Positions 1 to 9,708 of a stretch of DNA of 64,000 nucleotides are shown in pieces; position 1 is the first letter of the stretch; each line of letters begins with the position of its first letter. Source of the DNA: a virus; IMG/VR virus record IMGVR_UViG_3300025141_000029, positions 32,001 through 96,000 of that record. One strand, 5' to 3'. The notes under the pieces were generated by a model. It was not told where the DNA came from and searched no databases. It was given only the letters and a program-made list of their open reading frames with translations. The position numbers were made by a program, and so were the translations under genes.

Positions 1-413
1 AATAACAAATGGTCATGGTTCGTACCTGATGTAACCCGAAACCAATCACACACACAATAGTTTTTAATGTTAATTCTAGAAAATGGAAAATTTTCGATAT
101 TATCCTCATCAAAGAATTTGATATTTTTATAATTAACGACATATTTTCTAATTCCACAGAATACTTCTATTTCATTTTGGTTAATGCGAATAGAAGAAAT
201 CTTATCTCCGAAAGGAACTAGGCCTCGCAAAGATAAATCAGAAACAATTTCTTGCCACTTTTCATGCTCAAGATCACCAGAATTAAGCTTCTTAAACTTA
301 AAAAAGGCCGGCTCTTTGTTAAAAAGAACTGGCCAATTCATTTCTTGGGCCCACTTGACAGCAGATAGCGTAGTGCCTATTACTACGTTATCCCACACAA
401 ATTCAGCAGCCAT
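1..413 (-). CDS. Hypothetical protein, truncated at the window edge (MAAEFVWDNVVIGTTLSAVKWAQEMNWPVLF...)
   Basis: ATG at 413 overlaps the end of the transglycosylase gene. The frame is open as far as I translated it by hand (to about 240). It is absent from the ORF track, probably because no stop falls inside the window. Confidence 0.6.
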   Translation of the reverse strand, partial: MAAEFVWDNVVIGTTLSAVKWAQEMNWPVLFNKEPAFFKFKKLNSGDLEHEKWQEIVSDLSLRGLVPFGDKISSIRINQNEIEVFCGIRKYVVNYKNIKFFDEDNIENFPFSRINIKNYCVCDWFRVTSGTNHDHLL

Positions 414-996
414 TCGCCCTTTTAATTTTAATATTTTTGTACCAACGCTTAAGTATACGTAGATGATTGGGTGCTTGGCGACATCGACCACCTATTTTTT
501 TAGAGCGTATACCAGTCACCCAGGCAGCTACCCAAATCTTAGCATCTGTTTTATAGCCACACTTGCGTTTAATTTTGGGTATTTGTTTTACAATATGTCC
601 CATCCAGGCCCGGGCGGCTGCTCTTGGATCTGTTCTGTCTAATCCAGGATACATTTTTTTATAAATTGGCCACATCTGTAATATGCCAATGGCCATTGGT
701 GTTTTTTTGTTTTTACTAAACTTTCTATCGCCCCTGGCTTTAGGATTATATGCGCTTTCCTGGCAGGCAGCTGCCAATATCATTCCTCTAAGTTCGGGGG
801 GTACGCCAAATTCTTTTTCAATTTCAATTAATTCTCGTAATAATTTAATATCAACCTTTCCCGGATTGACACCCCGACAATTATGAATTGCTTCCTGAAG
901 AACCTCATCATATGTTGGATATTCAACATTATATGTTTCTAAATAAGTCTCTGATGGAGGTATTGTAGCCAATACCAATAATAGTAAATAAGTCAT
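403..996 (-). CDS. Lytic transglycosylase (SLT domain) with hydrophobic N-terminus
   Basis: LAAACQESAYNPKARGD carries the catalytic Glu in the ES motif, followed by AIGILQM. The N-terminus is hydrophobic (LLLLVLA). Confidence 0.75.
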   Translation of the reverse strand: MTYLLLLVLATIPPSETYLETYNVEYPTYDEVLQEAIHNCRGVNPGKVDIKLLRELIEIEKEFGVPPELRGMILAAACQESAYNPKARGDRKFSKNKKTPMAIGILQMWPIYKKMYPGLDRTDPRAAARAWMGHIVKQIPKIKRKCGYKTDAKIWVAAWVTGIRSKKIGGRCRQAPNHLRILKRWYKNIKIKRANGC

Positions 997-1712
997 TTTA
1001 TTTTAATCTCCCTGTAGGCACTCACGGCGCATGGCCACAAATCAGTGACCATCTCTAGTAGTGCTGTGGCAACTTTTTGAATTTCCCACTGAGCGCCTTC
1101 GTGTGTTCTTAAGTCTATAAATTTAAATAGATTATTTAAATTACAAGTACCATAATATTCTGTATATAAGTTCTGTGGTAATACACCGCGAGCCTGTTCG
1201 CGGCAGATACCATTTTTAATAAGTTTGTTGTAAAGTTTCAACGATTTTTTGTGGTGACTCATCACTAGATATGATGCCAAACTTCCCCCGCAAATATCTT
1301 CAGGATCTATCATCGGATTCTGAATATCATCCTGGTTGCTGGCTTGCCTGTTTGACTGATGCTGTGTTCTGAACGCTTTTGGCTCGTAAAAACGAATATC
1401 TACATCGGTATAGCGACGGCTAATTTCATTATAGGACCAAGTCCTGTGGCGATGATGCTGGCTGCGGATAAACAAAGGTACCACAAACCTAAATGTAGCA
1501 ATGTTGTGTTCAAAGGTTGATGTATGTTTATGTTTAACCAAGTAGTTAATGAGTTTTTTGTCTTTTTCGTCAAGTTCATCTTTATGTTTTCCAAAGGAAA
1601 CGCGAGCAGAATTGACAATCGTAAGGTCAGAACCCATATGATCAACTAATTCTACTGCGCCTATTCCATCTCCGTAAAGTTCAATTCGTTTCATGAATAA
1701 TACCAAGTACAT
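993..1712 (-). CDS. thyX: FAD-dependent thymidylate synthase ThyX (likely start MKRIEL at 1694)
   Basis: ThyX signature RHRTWSYNEISRRY, plus HTSTFEH, REQARGVLP and LRTHEGAQWEI. Confidence 0.95.
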   Translation of the reverse strand: MYLVLFMKRIELYGDGIGAVELVDHMGSDLTIVNSARVSFGKHKDELDEKDKKLINYLVKHKHTSTFEHNIATFRFVVPLFIRSQHHRHRTWSYNEISRRYTDVDIRFYEPKAFRTQHQSNRQASNQDDIQNPMIDPEDICGGSLASYLVMSHHKKSLKLYNKLIKNGICREQARGVLPQNLYTEYYGTCNLNNLFKFIDLRTHEGAQWEIQKVATALLEMVTDLWPCAVSAYREIKIK

Positions 1713-1959
1713 AGTTCTCTAAAAGAAGAAAAGACTCTTTTCCACCAAGAGCTACATTCTCAGTCATGCTTATTGAATATACTACAGTATCTCCTTCGCA
1801 AACATCAATATTACAATCTTTTGCTTTGCTGATTACAAGGGCGATTCCAAATGGATTTTGTTTCTTATAATCATCCGGCAATAAAATAGATGATTCTTCT
1901 AGTTCATCTTCTTCTAGGGGCTCAATTAGGAGATATCTGTTACAGGGTCTCAGCAGCAT
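1681..1959 (-). CDS. groES: GroES/Cpn10-like co-chaperonin (T4 gp31 analogue)
   Basis: LRPCNRYLLIEP...SSILLP...VCEGDTVVY...LLLENYVLGII follows the GroES pattern; 92 aa. Confidence 0.8.
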   Translation of the reverse strand: MLLRPCNRYLLIEPLEEDELEESSILLPDDYKKQNPFGIALVISKAKDCNIDVCEGDTVVYSISMTENVALGGKESFLLLENYVLGIIHETN

Positions 1960-1967
1960 TCTTTCTC

Positions 1968-2207
1968 CTAACTAATCTTTTTTTGTAGCTTGTCAAAAAT
2001 TTCGGTAAAATCATCAATATTTTCACCCTTCTTTAGCATTCGATAGGCGCGCAGACCCTGACTAATCTCTTGTTTTGATAGCCAGCCGTTCTCAACATAG
2101 TTCTTCTTAAGGTCCTTTTTGTGTTCCTTATAGGGCTCCATTTCCAGCTCGACGGCCTGAAAAGCCTTAAAATACTCAACCAAATAATCATTTGTTTCAT
2201 CAGACAT
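1968..2207 (-). CDS. Small dsDNA-binding protein, T4 DsbA/GapR-like
   Basis: 79-aa helical protein with a KEHKKDLKKNY..NG.LSKQEI...LRAYRM pattern; it has its own sigma70-like promoter and SD. Confidence 0.45.
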   Translation of the reverse strand: MSDETNDYLVEYFKAFQAVELEMEPYKEHKKDLKKNYVENGWLSKQEISQGLRAYRMLKKGENIDDFTEIFDKLQKKIS

Positions 2208-2233
2208 ATCTTCCTCCTTGATGTCTCGACTAT

Positions 2234-2261
2234 ATTATACGTACTATTTTTATGAAGTCAA
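2234..2261 (-). promoter_or_regulatory. Sigma70-type early promoter TTGACT-N16-TATAAT
   Basis: Minus strand reads TTGACTtcataaaaatagtacgTATAAT upstream of the ATG at 2207. Confidence 0.7.
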
Positions 2262-2268
2262 TACTTTT

Positions 2269-4125
2269 CTACATTATTTCGCAAGAACCACCAGAACAAG
2301 CTAATTCACCCTGCAGGTCAGTATTATCCTCAAGCTCAACGACTTGGGTTAAATCAATATCTTCCAAAGAATCATATAACACTTGGTATTTTTCTTTCGA
2401 ACACTCTTCAAATGGCGGTTGTACATAAGTGTGCTCTTCATAAGGTAACACCGAGAGACCGTTATAATAATCTCGATTTTCCCACATCCAATCGCCCACA
2501 TCAACCCATTCATCATTTCTTATTGAAAGGGTAGCAGAAATATTATGAGTATTTTGGCCACGTCGGGTGCCCGGGCGCACCCATTCATTCGTAACATATT
2601 TAATTCTCTTAAGAAGTTGGAGGGCGCTCTCTTTACGCGTGACTGCATTTTCAGGTGCCTTCTGAGGAACTGTGATAACCGCAGTATCGTGAGGCCTGAA
2701 ATATTCATCCTCTATCAACTCAGGGTGATGAATTAATAAGTGTGTATAGATTGATTCATTTTTTGCGACACGAATTCTTCGTAAATAATATTCGCTGTGC
2801 CACGGATGAATTCCACTGGAAGTTCCAAGAGCCAAAGAAGTTGTTCCGGCCGGCTTTACAGTTGTACAACGGGCCGCGCTTTTAATTCCGATCAACTTAG
2901 CAACTCTTGCATTTTCTCTTTTAACAACCGTTGCCGCCTTTTTCATATCAAGTTCTACAGCTTTTCCAGAGGCAATGCCAGTCATCGAAACACCAATGAG
3001 AGCCTCTTTTTCAGTTTGTTTCTGCCATATATCGCGAAGATAATGAAAATCTGTATACCCAGCCTGAAGAGTTCCAATTAAGGCAGCTGCTTTGGCCCTA
3101 TCTTCATATTCTTTTTGGGTCTCAAGATCCGAAGTATTCACCTCCGTTAAATTACAGAACTGATAGGGGCGCAAAGCTATTTCACAGCAAGGATTGGTAC
3201 CCCAATCTTTATCGTTGGAAAAATAAAAACCGGGTTCCCCGCAGCCACTGGCTTTTACTCGATCCCAAAGATCTATAAAATATTCTTTTGTAATTCTATG
3301 TCTGAGGAGAACTACTGAATTGTTGGCTCTCCCTCTTTGTGGGTTTTTTTCCCACCAGTTTCCGGTTTTGGCGGCGAGCATTTCATCATCATCAGCCGAA
3401 AAAAGTGATATAAGAGCAGCACGACGAATCCCCCCGGCAAGAACAGCATCAGCAATGTGACAAACAATATCGTGAACTTCAATAGGACGTAATTTATCAC
3501 CAGTCTCCTTTTCGGCTAGAATACCTTCAATTTTGACAAGACATTCGCGCAAAGGTTGCGGGCCAGGTGCCTTGCCGCCACTAGTAACTAGTGAGGCGCC
3601 CTTCGGACGGATATCAGAAAAATCAAATCTTAGCGGGGTACCTCCAAAAAAATAACTTTTTATTAAAGTCTTGATAGCATCGGCCCAGCCCTCAATTGAA
3701 TCGCCAATCAAATACCGTTTTGTTCTTTTCGATACAGGTTTTTGTATTTCAGGAAGCTTCTCAATATGGTGCTTTTGTACACTAAATCCAACACCAGTTC
3801 CCCCAAGTAAGAGAAACATTGTTTCACTGAAAGATAACCAATTATCAACAGGAAGGTAGGCACAATTATAAATACGGTTAGGAGCCACCTCGATAGGTTT
3901 ACCGCCAAATTGCATAGAGCGCATAGAAGGGAGGACTTTTTTGTTATAGACATATTCATAAGCATTTTTAATCTCCTCTTTGAGTTGAGGGTATTTCTTA
4001 AGGTGCATATTTTTATTTCGTGTAACTAGTTCTTTCCAGGTCTCACGACGATTTTTCTTCTTTAAATAACGCGCATATTTCATGTAAATTGTAATATCTG
4101 ATAAAATTTTTGATGATAGCTCCAT
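2269..4125 (-). CDS. nrdJ: Class II (adenosylcobalamin-dependent) ribonucleotide reductase
   Basis: LPSMR, YNCAY, GTGVGFSV, GGIRRAALI, TNPCCEI (thiyl Cys), TTVKPAGT and C-terminal ACSGGSCE. Confidence 0.93.
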   Translation of the reverse strand: MELSSKILSDITIYMKYARYLKKKNRRETWKELVTRNKNMHLKKYPQLKEEIKNAYEYVYNKKVLPSMRSMQFGGKPIEVAPNRIYNCAYLPVDNWLSFSETMFLLLGGTGVGFSVQKHHIEKLPEIQKPVSKRTKRYLIGDSIEGWADAIKTLIKSYFFGGTPLRFDFSDIRPKGASLVTSGGKAPGPQPLRECLVKIEGILAEKETGDKLRPIEVHDIVCHIADAVLAGGIRRAALISLFSADDDEMLAAKTGNWWEKNPQRGRANNSVVLLRHRITKEYFIDLWDRVKASGCGEPGFYFSNDKDWGTNPCCEIALRPYQFCNLTEVNTSDLETQKEYEDRAKAAALIGTLQAGYTDFHYLRDIWQKQTEKEALIGVSMTGIASGKAVELDMKKAATVVKRENARVAKLIGIKSAARCTTVKPAGTTSLALGTSSGIHPWHSEYYLRRIRVAKNESIYTHLLIHHPELIEDEYFRPHDTAVITVPQKAPENAVTRKESALQLLKRIKYVTNEWVRPGTRRGQNTHNISATLSIRNDEWVDVGDWMWENRDYYNGLSVLPYEEHTYVQPPFEECSKEKYQVLYDSLEDIDLTQVVELEDNTDLQGELACSGGSCEIM

Positions 4126-5489
4126 TAGCTTAGTACTCCGTCTTGTCTGTATTTTTTATATTTATCTTTAAGTTTTTGATTCAAATCTCCAGGATCAGAA
4201 GCCGGCATGATATTTCCAATCTCAGTCTTGTCAATAATTTGTAATCTTACACACGACGTATCCATATGCATAGAAAATATCAGCCCGTCGGGGCCATTGC
4301 GATTTTTAGCAATGTACATTCTTGCTTGGTTAGAATTTTTATCTTTGATTGTTCTCGATATAGAACAAATAAAATCTGCTACAAAACATTTATTGAAGGC
4401 TTCTGAGATTGATTCCATAGTTACGACTTCGGCACTTAATCCTGAACGATTTGTCTGCGATGCTGTCCAGATTGGACATTGTTGTTCTTGAGCAATTGCC
4501 CTTAGCTCTTCATAAATAGACTCTAATTCATTCCTTTTCTCTTTGTAAGTTTTGGTCGGTCGGAGCAAATCAGCGTAATCTACTATAATCATATCAATTT
4601 TTCGATTTTGTTTTTTTAATTTTTCTAAATGTTTTCTTATTGTGTTGGGAGAAGCAGTTTTTGTTGGGTATTCTTTAATTATAAGAGATCCTTTAATATC
4701 TACAATATTTTCAAATACTTCGTCCTTTCTATCGAATAATTGTGACAATGGTACGCCTGTTGTACAACTATCATATCGCTGGCCAGTTACGGCTTCAGAC
4801 AGTTCCAAAGTATAATGTACTATATCTAGCCCATTTTTAACAGCTGTCGATCCCAAGTGGGCCAGAGCCATCGACTTACCAGCACCAGTAGGGGCAATAA
4901 TAACACCTAACTCCCCGGAACCAATACCTTTTCCTAGGATACTATCAATCTTTTCCCATCCGGTTGAAACAGGATTGCGCGCCCTAATTTCATATCGCGC
5001 CTCAAAATCTTTTAGGAAGTCATGGCCAAAATTATTGTCCATTCCTAGTTTCAAGGCTTCATCAATAACTTGTTTTACCTCATCAAAAGATGAATTACGA
5101 ATTAGCTCTACAGACTGTACCAGCGCGCTTTTTAGCTTTTGTTTCTTACAAAAATCTAAGCTTGTGTCTTTGATATATTTCTTATCTTGAATATCACGAG
5201 CTTCGCAGCGCGCATAATAATCACGAACCTGTTTTTGTAAAGCAGGCGAATAATGTTCTAATTCTGTACGCAATATTGACGTGAATATATCTGTCGACGG
5301 ATGTACTCCGTATTGCTTCCTATAATTAAAAACGCGCTCAATAAAGGCGCGCAAATACTTTAATTCAAAAAAGTTTATATCTAATACTTCTTCAATTTGA
5401 TCACAGAAAGGACGATCTTCAAATATTAGCTGTGCTAATGATTCTTGAAAGGCCTTTCCATACTTGGAAAAATCCATACCCTCAGTCAT
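4125..5489 (-). CDS. Replicative DnaB/T4 gp41-like helicase
   Basis: Walker A APTGAGKS, YTLEL, IIVDYADLL, WTASQTNR and IAKNRNG. Confidence 0.92.
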   Translation of the reverse strand: MTEGMDFSKYGKAFQESLAQLIFEDRPFCDQIEEVLDINFFELKYLRAFIERVFNYRKQYGVHPSTDIFTSILRTELEHYSPALQKQVRDYYARCEARDIQDKKYIKDTSLDFCKKQKLKSALVQSVELIRNSSFDEVKQVIDEALKLGMDNNFGHDFLKDFEARYEIRARNPVSTGWEKIDSILGKGIGSGELGVIIAPTGAGKSMALAHLGSTAVKNGLDIVHYTLELSEAVTGQRYDSCTTGVPLSQLFDRKDEVFENIVDIKGSLIIKEYPTKTASPNTIRKHLEKLKKQNRKIDMIIVDYADLLRPTKTYKEKRNELESIYEELRAIAQEQQCPIWTASQTNRSGLSAEVVTMESISEAFNKCFVADFICSISRTIKDKNSNQARMYIAKNRNGPDGLIFSMHMDTSCVRLQIIDKTEIGNIMPASDPGDLNQKLKDKYKKYRQDGVLS

Positions 5490-5498
5490 TTTATCCTC

Positions 5499-6467
5499 TT
5501 ACTGTTTCGCCATTCTCTGGAAAGCCTGAAACATCCCAGAGAAACTTACCTGTGCAAATTCATCTCGCATCATCATCTTCATAACATTCATTTTGCTAAA
5601 AGTCAAATCTGGATTTTCAATTACTTCTTGAATTTCTTTTTTGTGATCCAGAGACAATTGTGGAGCGTAAAGTTGCATCATCTTATAGTTTAATCTAATA
5701 ACCCTTTCATTATCGACAACCTCTTTCCACATTTTTCTTTTACTAGTTTGTTGATTTTCGCGACAATAATCTAATAATTCATCAATTGTAATTTGTTGAT
5801 CGCTATTAAATTGCGGAAAATCCTTTTTGATTCGGCCTTCGCCAACCCCAGAAATTCCCGGTAAGTTATCACTCTTGTCGCCAATCATTGCTTTTGCTAA
5901 AGCAAAATTATGAGGATGTATTTTAAATTCATTGAGAACGGTTCTGCTATTATATACACGATTCTTTTCGATTGGGCGCATCAATACTGTTTTGCCAGAA
6001 ACTAATTGATAAAAGTCTTTATCATTAGATACGATTACCTTTTCACAATTTTCTAGTTCTGGCATTTGACAAATATATGCCACGATATCATCCGCCTCAA
6101 TATTATCGAAACGAAATTGAATTACTGGCATTTCGTTAAAATATTCAATCAAGCGAAGCTCTTGAAAAAAACGATTCTGTTTTGCCTCATCTTCATCCAA
6201 ATGATGAAAAGCTCGATTTAAACGCAATGGCGCTCTTCCTGCTTTATAATCTTTCTTCATTTGTTTGCGCTTTAATGAGCCGCCGGGACCATCCCAACAA
6301 ATAACAATATGATCTGGCTTTATATCATTACAAAGTTTCTGTAATGATTGTAAAGTACCTTTAATGCCCCCAATCGGCCCCCATTGGGACTCTGATGGAT
6401 TGACCACATAATTACGCAAAAACAAGTTGAGCTGATCAATGACCAACACCCTTCCACTAATTGACAT
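5499..6467 (-). CDS. 5'-3' exonuclease / flap endonuclease (T4 RNase H-like)
   Basis: VLVID, WDG, YKAGR, EADDIVA, SNDKDFYQL and GDKSDNLPGISGVG (helix-3-turn-helix). Confidence 0.92.
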   Translation of the reverse strand: MSISGRVLVIDQLNLFLRNYVVNPSESQWGPIGGIKGTLQSLQKLCNDIKPDHIVICWDGPGGSLKRKQMKKDYKAGRAPLRLNRAFHHLDEDEAKQNRFFQELRLIEYFNEMPVIQFRFDNIEADDIVAYICQMPELENCEKVIVSNDKDFYQLVSGKTVLMRPIEKNRVYNSRTVLNEFKIHPHNFALAKAMIGDKSDNLPGISGVGEGRIKKDFPQFNSDQQITIDELLDYCRENQQTSKRKMWKEVVDNERVIRLNYKMMQLYAPQLSLDHKKEIQEVIENPDLTFSKMNVMKMMMRDEFAQVSFSGMFQAFQRMAKQ

Positions 6468-6476
6468 TTTAAACCT

Positions 6477-6806
6477 CTATCTGTAAATTCGACTATAGTA
6501 TTTTGAAGCCTTCACCGGCATAAAAGAATATACGCCTTGAATTTTTCTGGCCTCGGTGGACATTTTGCGAAGATGTGATTTGAGATTATTCTCTGATAAA
6601 AAGAAACGTACATTTAATGTTACTCGCTCAACAGCATCAGAAACAGGTTTTGAGGGTACCGTGACATTAACAATTGTAATGCCACAAACGCCACGTAATT
6701 TATCTGATATAATTGTTAGATTCTCGTCTCGTGAAAGTCTCATTATCACAGTTGCTTCAAACAGACCTTCATCGAACACTTCTTTTATCAAGTTTTTTAA
6801 ATTCAT
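6477..6806 (-). CDS. Hypothetical protein, probably late-expressed
   Basis: 109-aa ORF with ACTATTTA just upstream. Its start MNLKNLIKEVFDE resembles the IIxEE leader family. Confidence 0.7.
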   Translation of the reverse strand: MNLKNLIKEVFDEGLFEATVIMRLSRDENLTIISDKLRGVCGITIVNVTVPSKPVSDAVERVTLNVRFFLSENNLKSHLRKMSTEARKIQGVYSFMPVKASKYYSRIYR

Positions 6807-6871
6807 ACTATTATTAAATAGTTATAATCAAATATAGAAACTCTTTAATCTGAAATATCGCAAATATTATC

Positions 6872-7960
6872 TTATGCTTTATTTTTATCCATCGAATGCC
6901 AACCCTGTACAACAACCTCGTCCATTATCTGGAGGATTCTTGATCTAAACTTTTCATTCTTAATTTTCTCGTGCCACTTGGTAAATTGAAACTTTTCTGA
7001 CGTTCCATCTTCAAATACCAGAGTATACCATGCGCCGTTACGTTGTAGGTGTTCAGATGGCTGAATCGCATCAAACCAACTTTCTTCATCACATATTCCA
7101 ACGTTGCCGCCCCAAAGAATCTTAAATGTACATTCTCGACCTAGGGATCCAAAACGTGACTTTTTAATTCGCGCCTTGACTTCAGAACCAATCTTGTAGC
7201 CATATTCATCGGTGACATATGATGCTTTCGCTTTTCGTACAGTAAGCCAAATTCGTAAAGAATATGAATATGGTAACGCTTTGCCTCCAGGTGTGACATA
7301 TGGTTCTGTCATCAAAGAAGCACGATCGGTTGTAATATTTGTCTTTAACTGGTTCAAAGCCAGCAAAGTACATTGACCATTAGCGAGCGGTATCGTCATC
7401 TTTTTCATTGCCTTAGATAAAAGACGTGCCTTATAGCCAATAGACGATTGCGGATCAAAATCCTCATCCAACATCTTTCTAGTTGGCGTTTGAGCAACAC
7501 TATCCCAGACAAACAAAATTTTCTTATCAGTTTCGCCCAAGAGCATTTCCATGGTCTCATACACAAATTCAACAGTTTTTGCTTGCGTATAGACAATATC
7601 GGCAACATCACAGCCGGCCTGCTCTAAAAATGCCGGATCTAGCGCTGATTCTGAATCAAAATAAACAACCGAGATTCCCATCTTTTGAGCATTTGCAGCA
7701 ATTTGAGCTGCCATATAAGATTTACCTGATCCTTCTAGGCCAGCTAATTCTGTAATTTTACCAACGGGAACTCCCCCATTTACGTTGCCCACACAAACAA
7801 TTTTGTTGAGCCATGTTGATCCGGTTGGAATCCATTCTTTGACTTCTGTTGGATTGTCCTTCGTGAGATCATAAGCGAGAACTTCGCCTGCCTTTTTATT
7901 GATTAAGTCTCTTAAACTTGTCGTATCTAATCTGCCATTTGTATTCTTTTTCTTGGCCAT
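6872..7960 (-). CDS. recA: RecA/UvsX recombinase
   Basis: IPTGS, Walker A GLEGSGKS, FDSESALD, WDSVA, LNQLK and TPGGKAL. Confidence 0.93.
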   Translation of the reverse strand: MAKKKNTNGRLDTTSLRDLINKKAGEVLAYDLTKDNPTEVKEWIPTGSTWLNKIVCVGNVNGGVPVGKITELAGLEGSGKSYMAAQIAANAQKMGISVVYFDSESALDPAFLEQAGCDVADIVYTQAKTVEFVYETMEMLLGETDKKILFVWDSVAQTPTRKMLDEDFDPQSSIGYKARLLSKAMKKMTIPLANGQCTLLALNQLKTNITTDRASLMTEPYVTPGGKALPYSYSLRIWLTVRKAKASYVTDEYGYKIGSEVKARIKKSRFGSLGRECTFKILWGGNVGICDEESWFDAIQPSEHLQRNGAWYTLVFEDGTSEKFQFTKWHEKIKNEKFRSRILQIMDEVVVQGWHSMDKNKA

Positions 7961-7975
7961 TTATTCCCTCGGATT

Positions 7976-8010
7976 AAAAATTGGGACCTCTGTAAACCCA
8001 GGCCCCCCTG
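7976..8010 (-). terminator. Stem-loop plus U tract between ssb and recA
   Basis: Minus strand GGGGCCU...AGGUCCC stem followed by AAUUUUU. Confidence 0.45.
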
Positions 8011-8022
8011 CGGTTGAGGGCT

Positions 8023-8760
8023 TTACCCGTTCAATAGCTCTTTAAAAGCGCGATCGGTGTTGCTATCACTGCTGTCATAGCGCTTCGATTCGGTTGAAAC
8101 GTCTTCCGCATCATCCTGACTCAGGAGAAATTCATCAAGCATGGTTCGAACCTCTTGCGGGGTCTTGCGCTCAAAAACCTCCTCAAAGTTAGGAATGGAA
8201 TCAAGCCACGCATGAACCTGATTTTCGTCCTCCGACAAAGCAGAAGTCTTACGACGAGGCGTAATTGACGTCTGCGGAAACTGTGCGCCAACAGGCTTGC
8301 CATAATTAATGACTAAATCAGTACCCTCGGCTGTGTCGGTAACATCGCCGTAATCGGGGTTTAATACTAGGCTAAGCAGCTCTTTGTAGGCAGTCTTACC
8401 GTAGCCCCAAATTTTAACGCCCTGGTCTTCCTGGCCCCTTACAATGACCGGTGTGAAGAAACGCTGGCGTGCGCCGAGCTTCTTCGCAAGTCGGACATTA
8501 TCGTCACCGCCTTCGCGATAAAGCTGGCGGATAAAACTATCCAATGGATCTTCCTCGCCGAAGTTCTTCTTCGGGCTCAAGAATCCCGGGTTGTTTCCAA
8601 CGTTGTAGTGAAACCAATACTCCTTGAAAGGATCGCCATCAGCAGTCGGCACCAGGCGAATGGTGGTTTCTCCGTCATCGGGGCGCCAAAAAATATTCTT
8701 GCCGCCTCGGTTCTCTAGTGCGCTCATCTTCTCGCGCATCTTCTTCAAATCAATACCCAT
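8023..8760 (-). CDS. Single-stranded DNA-binding protein (T4 gp32-like)
   Basis: FWRP..G.TTIRLVP, VKIWGYGK, DVTD..EGTDL and an acidic C-terminal tail; adjacent to the recombinase. Confidence 0.85.
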   Translation of the reverse strand: MGIDLKKMREKMSALENRGGKNIFWRPDDGETTIRLVPTADGDPFKEYWFHYNVGNNPGFLSPKKNFGEEDPLDSFIRQLYREGGDDNVRLAKKLGARQRFFTPVIVRGQEDQGVKIWGYGKTAYKELLSLVLNPDYGDVTDTAEGTDLVINYGKPVGAQFPQTSITPRRKTSALSEDENQVHAWLDSIPNFEEVFERKTPQEVRTMLDEFLLSQDDAEDVSTESKRYDSSDSNTDRAFKELLNG

Positions 8761-8835
8761 GATAAACTCCTTTTTTTTTGTTCCGTTAAGGTATAGTCAG
8801 TCCGATTGGTCGATCGAACCGCTTATTATGTGTAT

Positions 8836-8864
8836 ATTATAGTAACGCTATTCTTCGGAGTCAA
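8836..8864 (-). promoter_or_regulatory. Sigma70-type promoter TTGACT-N17-TATAAT for ssb
   Basis: Minus strand reads TTGACTccgaagaatagcgttacTATAAT. Confidence 0.8.
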
Positions 8865-9708
8865 GAGAAAAATCATAATTTTCTTCTTGAATCATCGAAG
8901 CGAAAGAACAAGAATACACATAATCTTGATCATAGTTGTTTTCGTATACTGAATACGAAACTTTCATTTTGTCTGTCATGAAAGATCTAACTTGTTTCTT
9001 TATATTTTTGATCAATGACGCGTCCGACTCTAAGTTCTTTTTACATATTGAATAATATAGGTGTTTTTCCCTCGGAAACTTTAAATCATAAAATAAAGAT
9101 TCTTTTCCATCTTTATCGACCAAGCCAAAAGTCGCTATCTTGCACATCTCCTGTGGACTTCCCTGTGTTTGTATAATTGGATCAATATTTTGATAAACGT
9201 TATACATATGAAAAGTCGACGCAATCAATTCATTGATTTTGCTAAAATAGCTCTTTATTGTTAAATCGCCCAAGGCCTCTTCACATTGAGAATTTGAAAC
9301 AACAAACATCTTATCTAATAAGCTTGAACGGGCGTATTGCTGTAAAACATGAAACACCAAGCGTTCTTGTCTATAAGCCGCCTCAGACAATAGATCAATA
9401 TCGGGCTTAATATATAAAATTGATATCTTTTGTGAATCAATTTGTTCCAAAAGTCGCAATATAGCGCCGGATATAGCGCCGGATCCACCAACAATAACGG
9501 TATAGGGATTTTTTGTACCCTCCAAGAATTCTTTAATAGAAGGAAAATTTTCTTCATATTTTTCAATATTTTCTTGTGCTTCTATAAGCTTAAAATTTTC
9601 TTCATCTCGACCTTGAGAATCAATATACAACGTTTTGTATTGTGGATATTTATTCAATATTCGAGCAATATTGCAGCCGGCGTTTCCTAAACCAATAATA
9701 GTTGACAT
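8848..9708 (-). CDS. Divergent tubulin/FtsZ-family protein
   Basis: N-terminal IIGLGNAGCNIA nucleotide-binding loop, YIDS, a degenerate signature loop GGSGAISG, then VVSN and NELIA. Confidence 0.7.
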   Translation of the reverse strand: MSTIIGLGNAGCNIARILNKYPQYKTLYIDSQGRDEENFKLIEAQENIEKYEENFPSIKEFLEGTKNPYTVIVGGSGAISGAILRLLEQIDSQKISILYIKPDIDLLSEAAYRQERLVFHVLQQYARSSLLDKMFVVSNSQCEEALGDLTIKSYFSKINELIASTFHMYNVYQNIDPIIQTQGSPQEMCKIATFGLVDKDGKESLFYDLKFPREKHLYYSICKKNLESDASLIKNIKKQVRSFMTDKMKVSYSVYENNYDQDYVYSCSFASMIQEENYDFSLDSEE

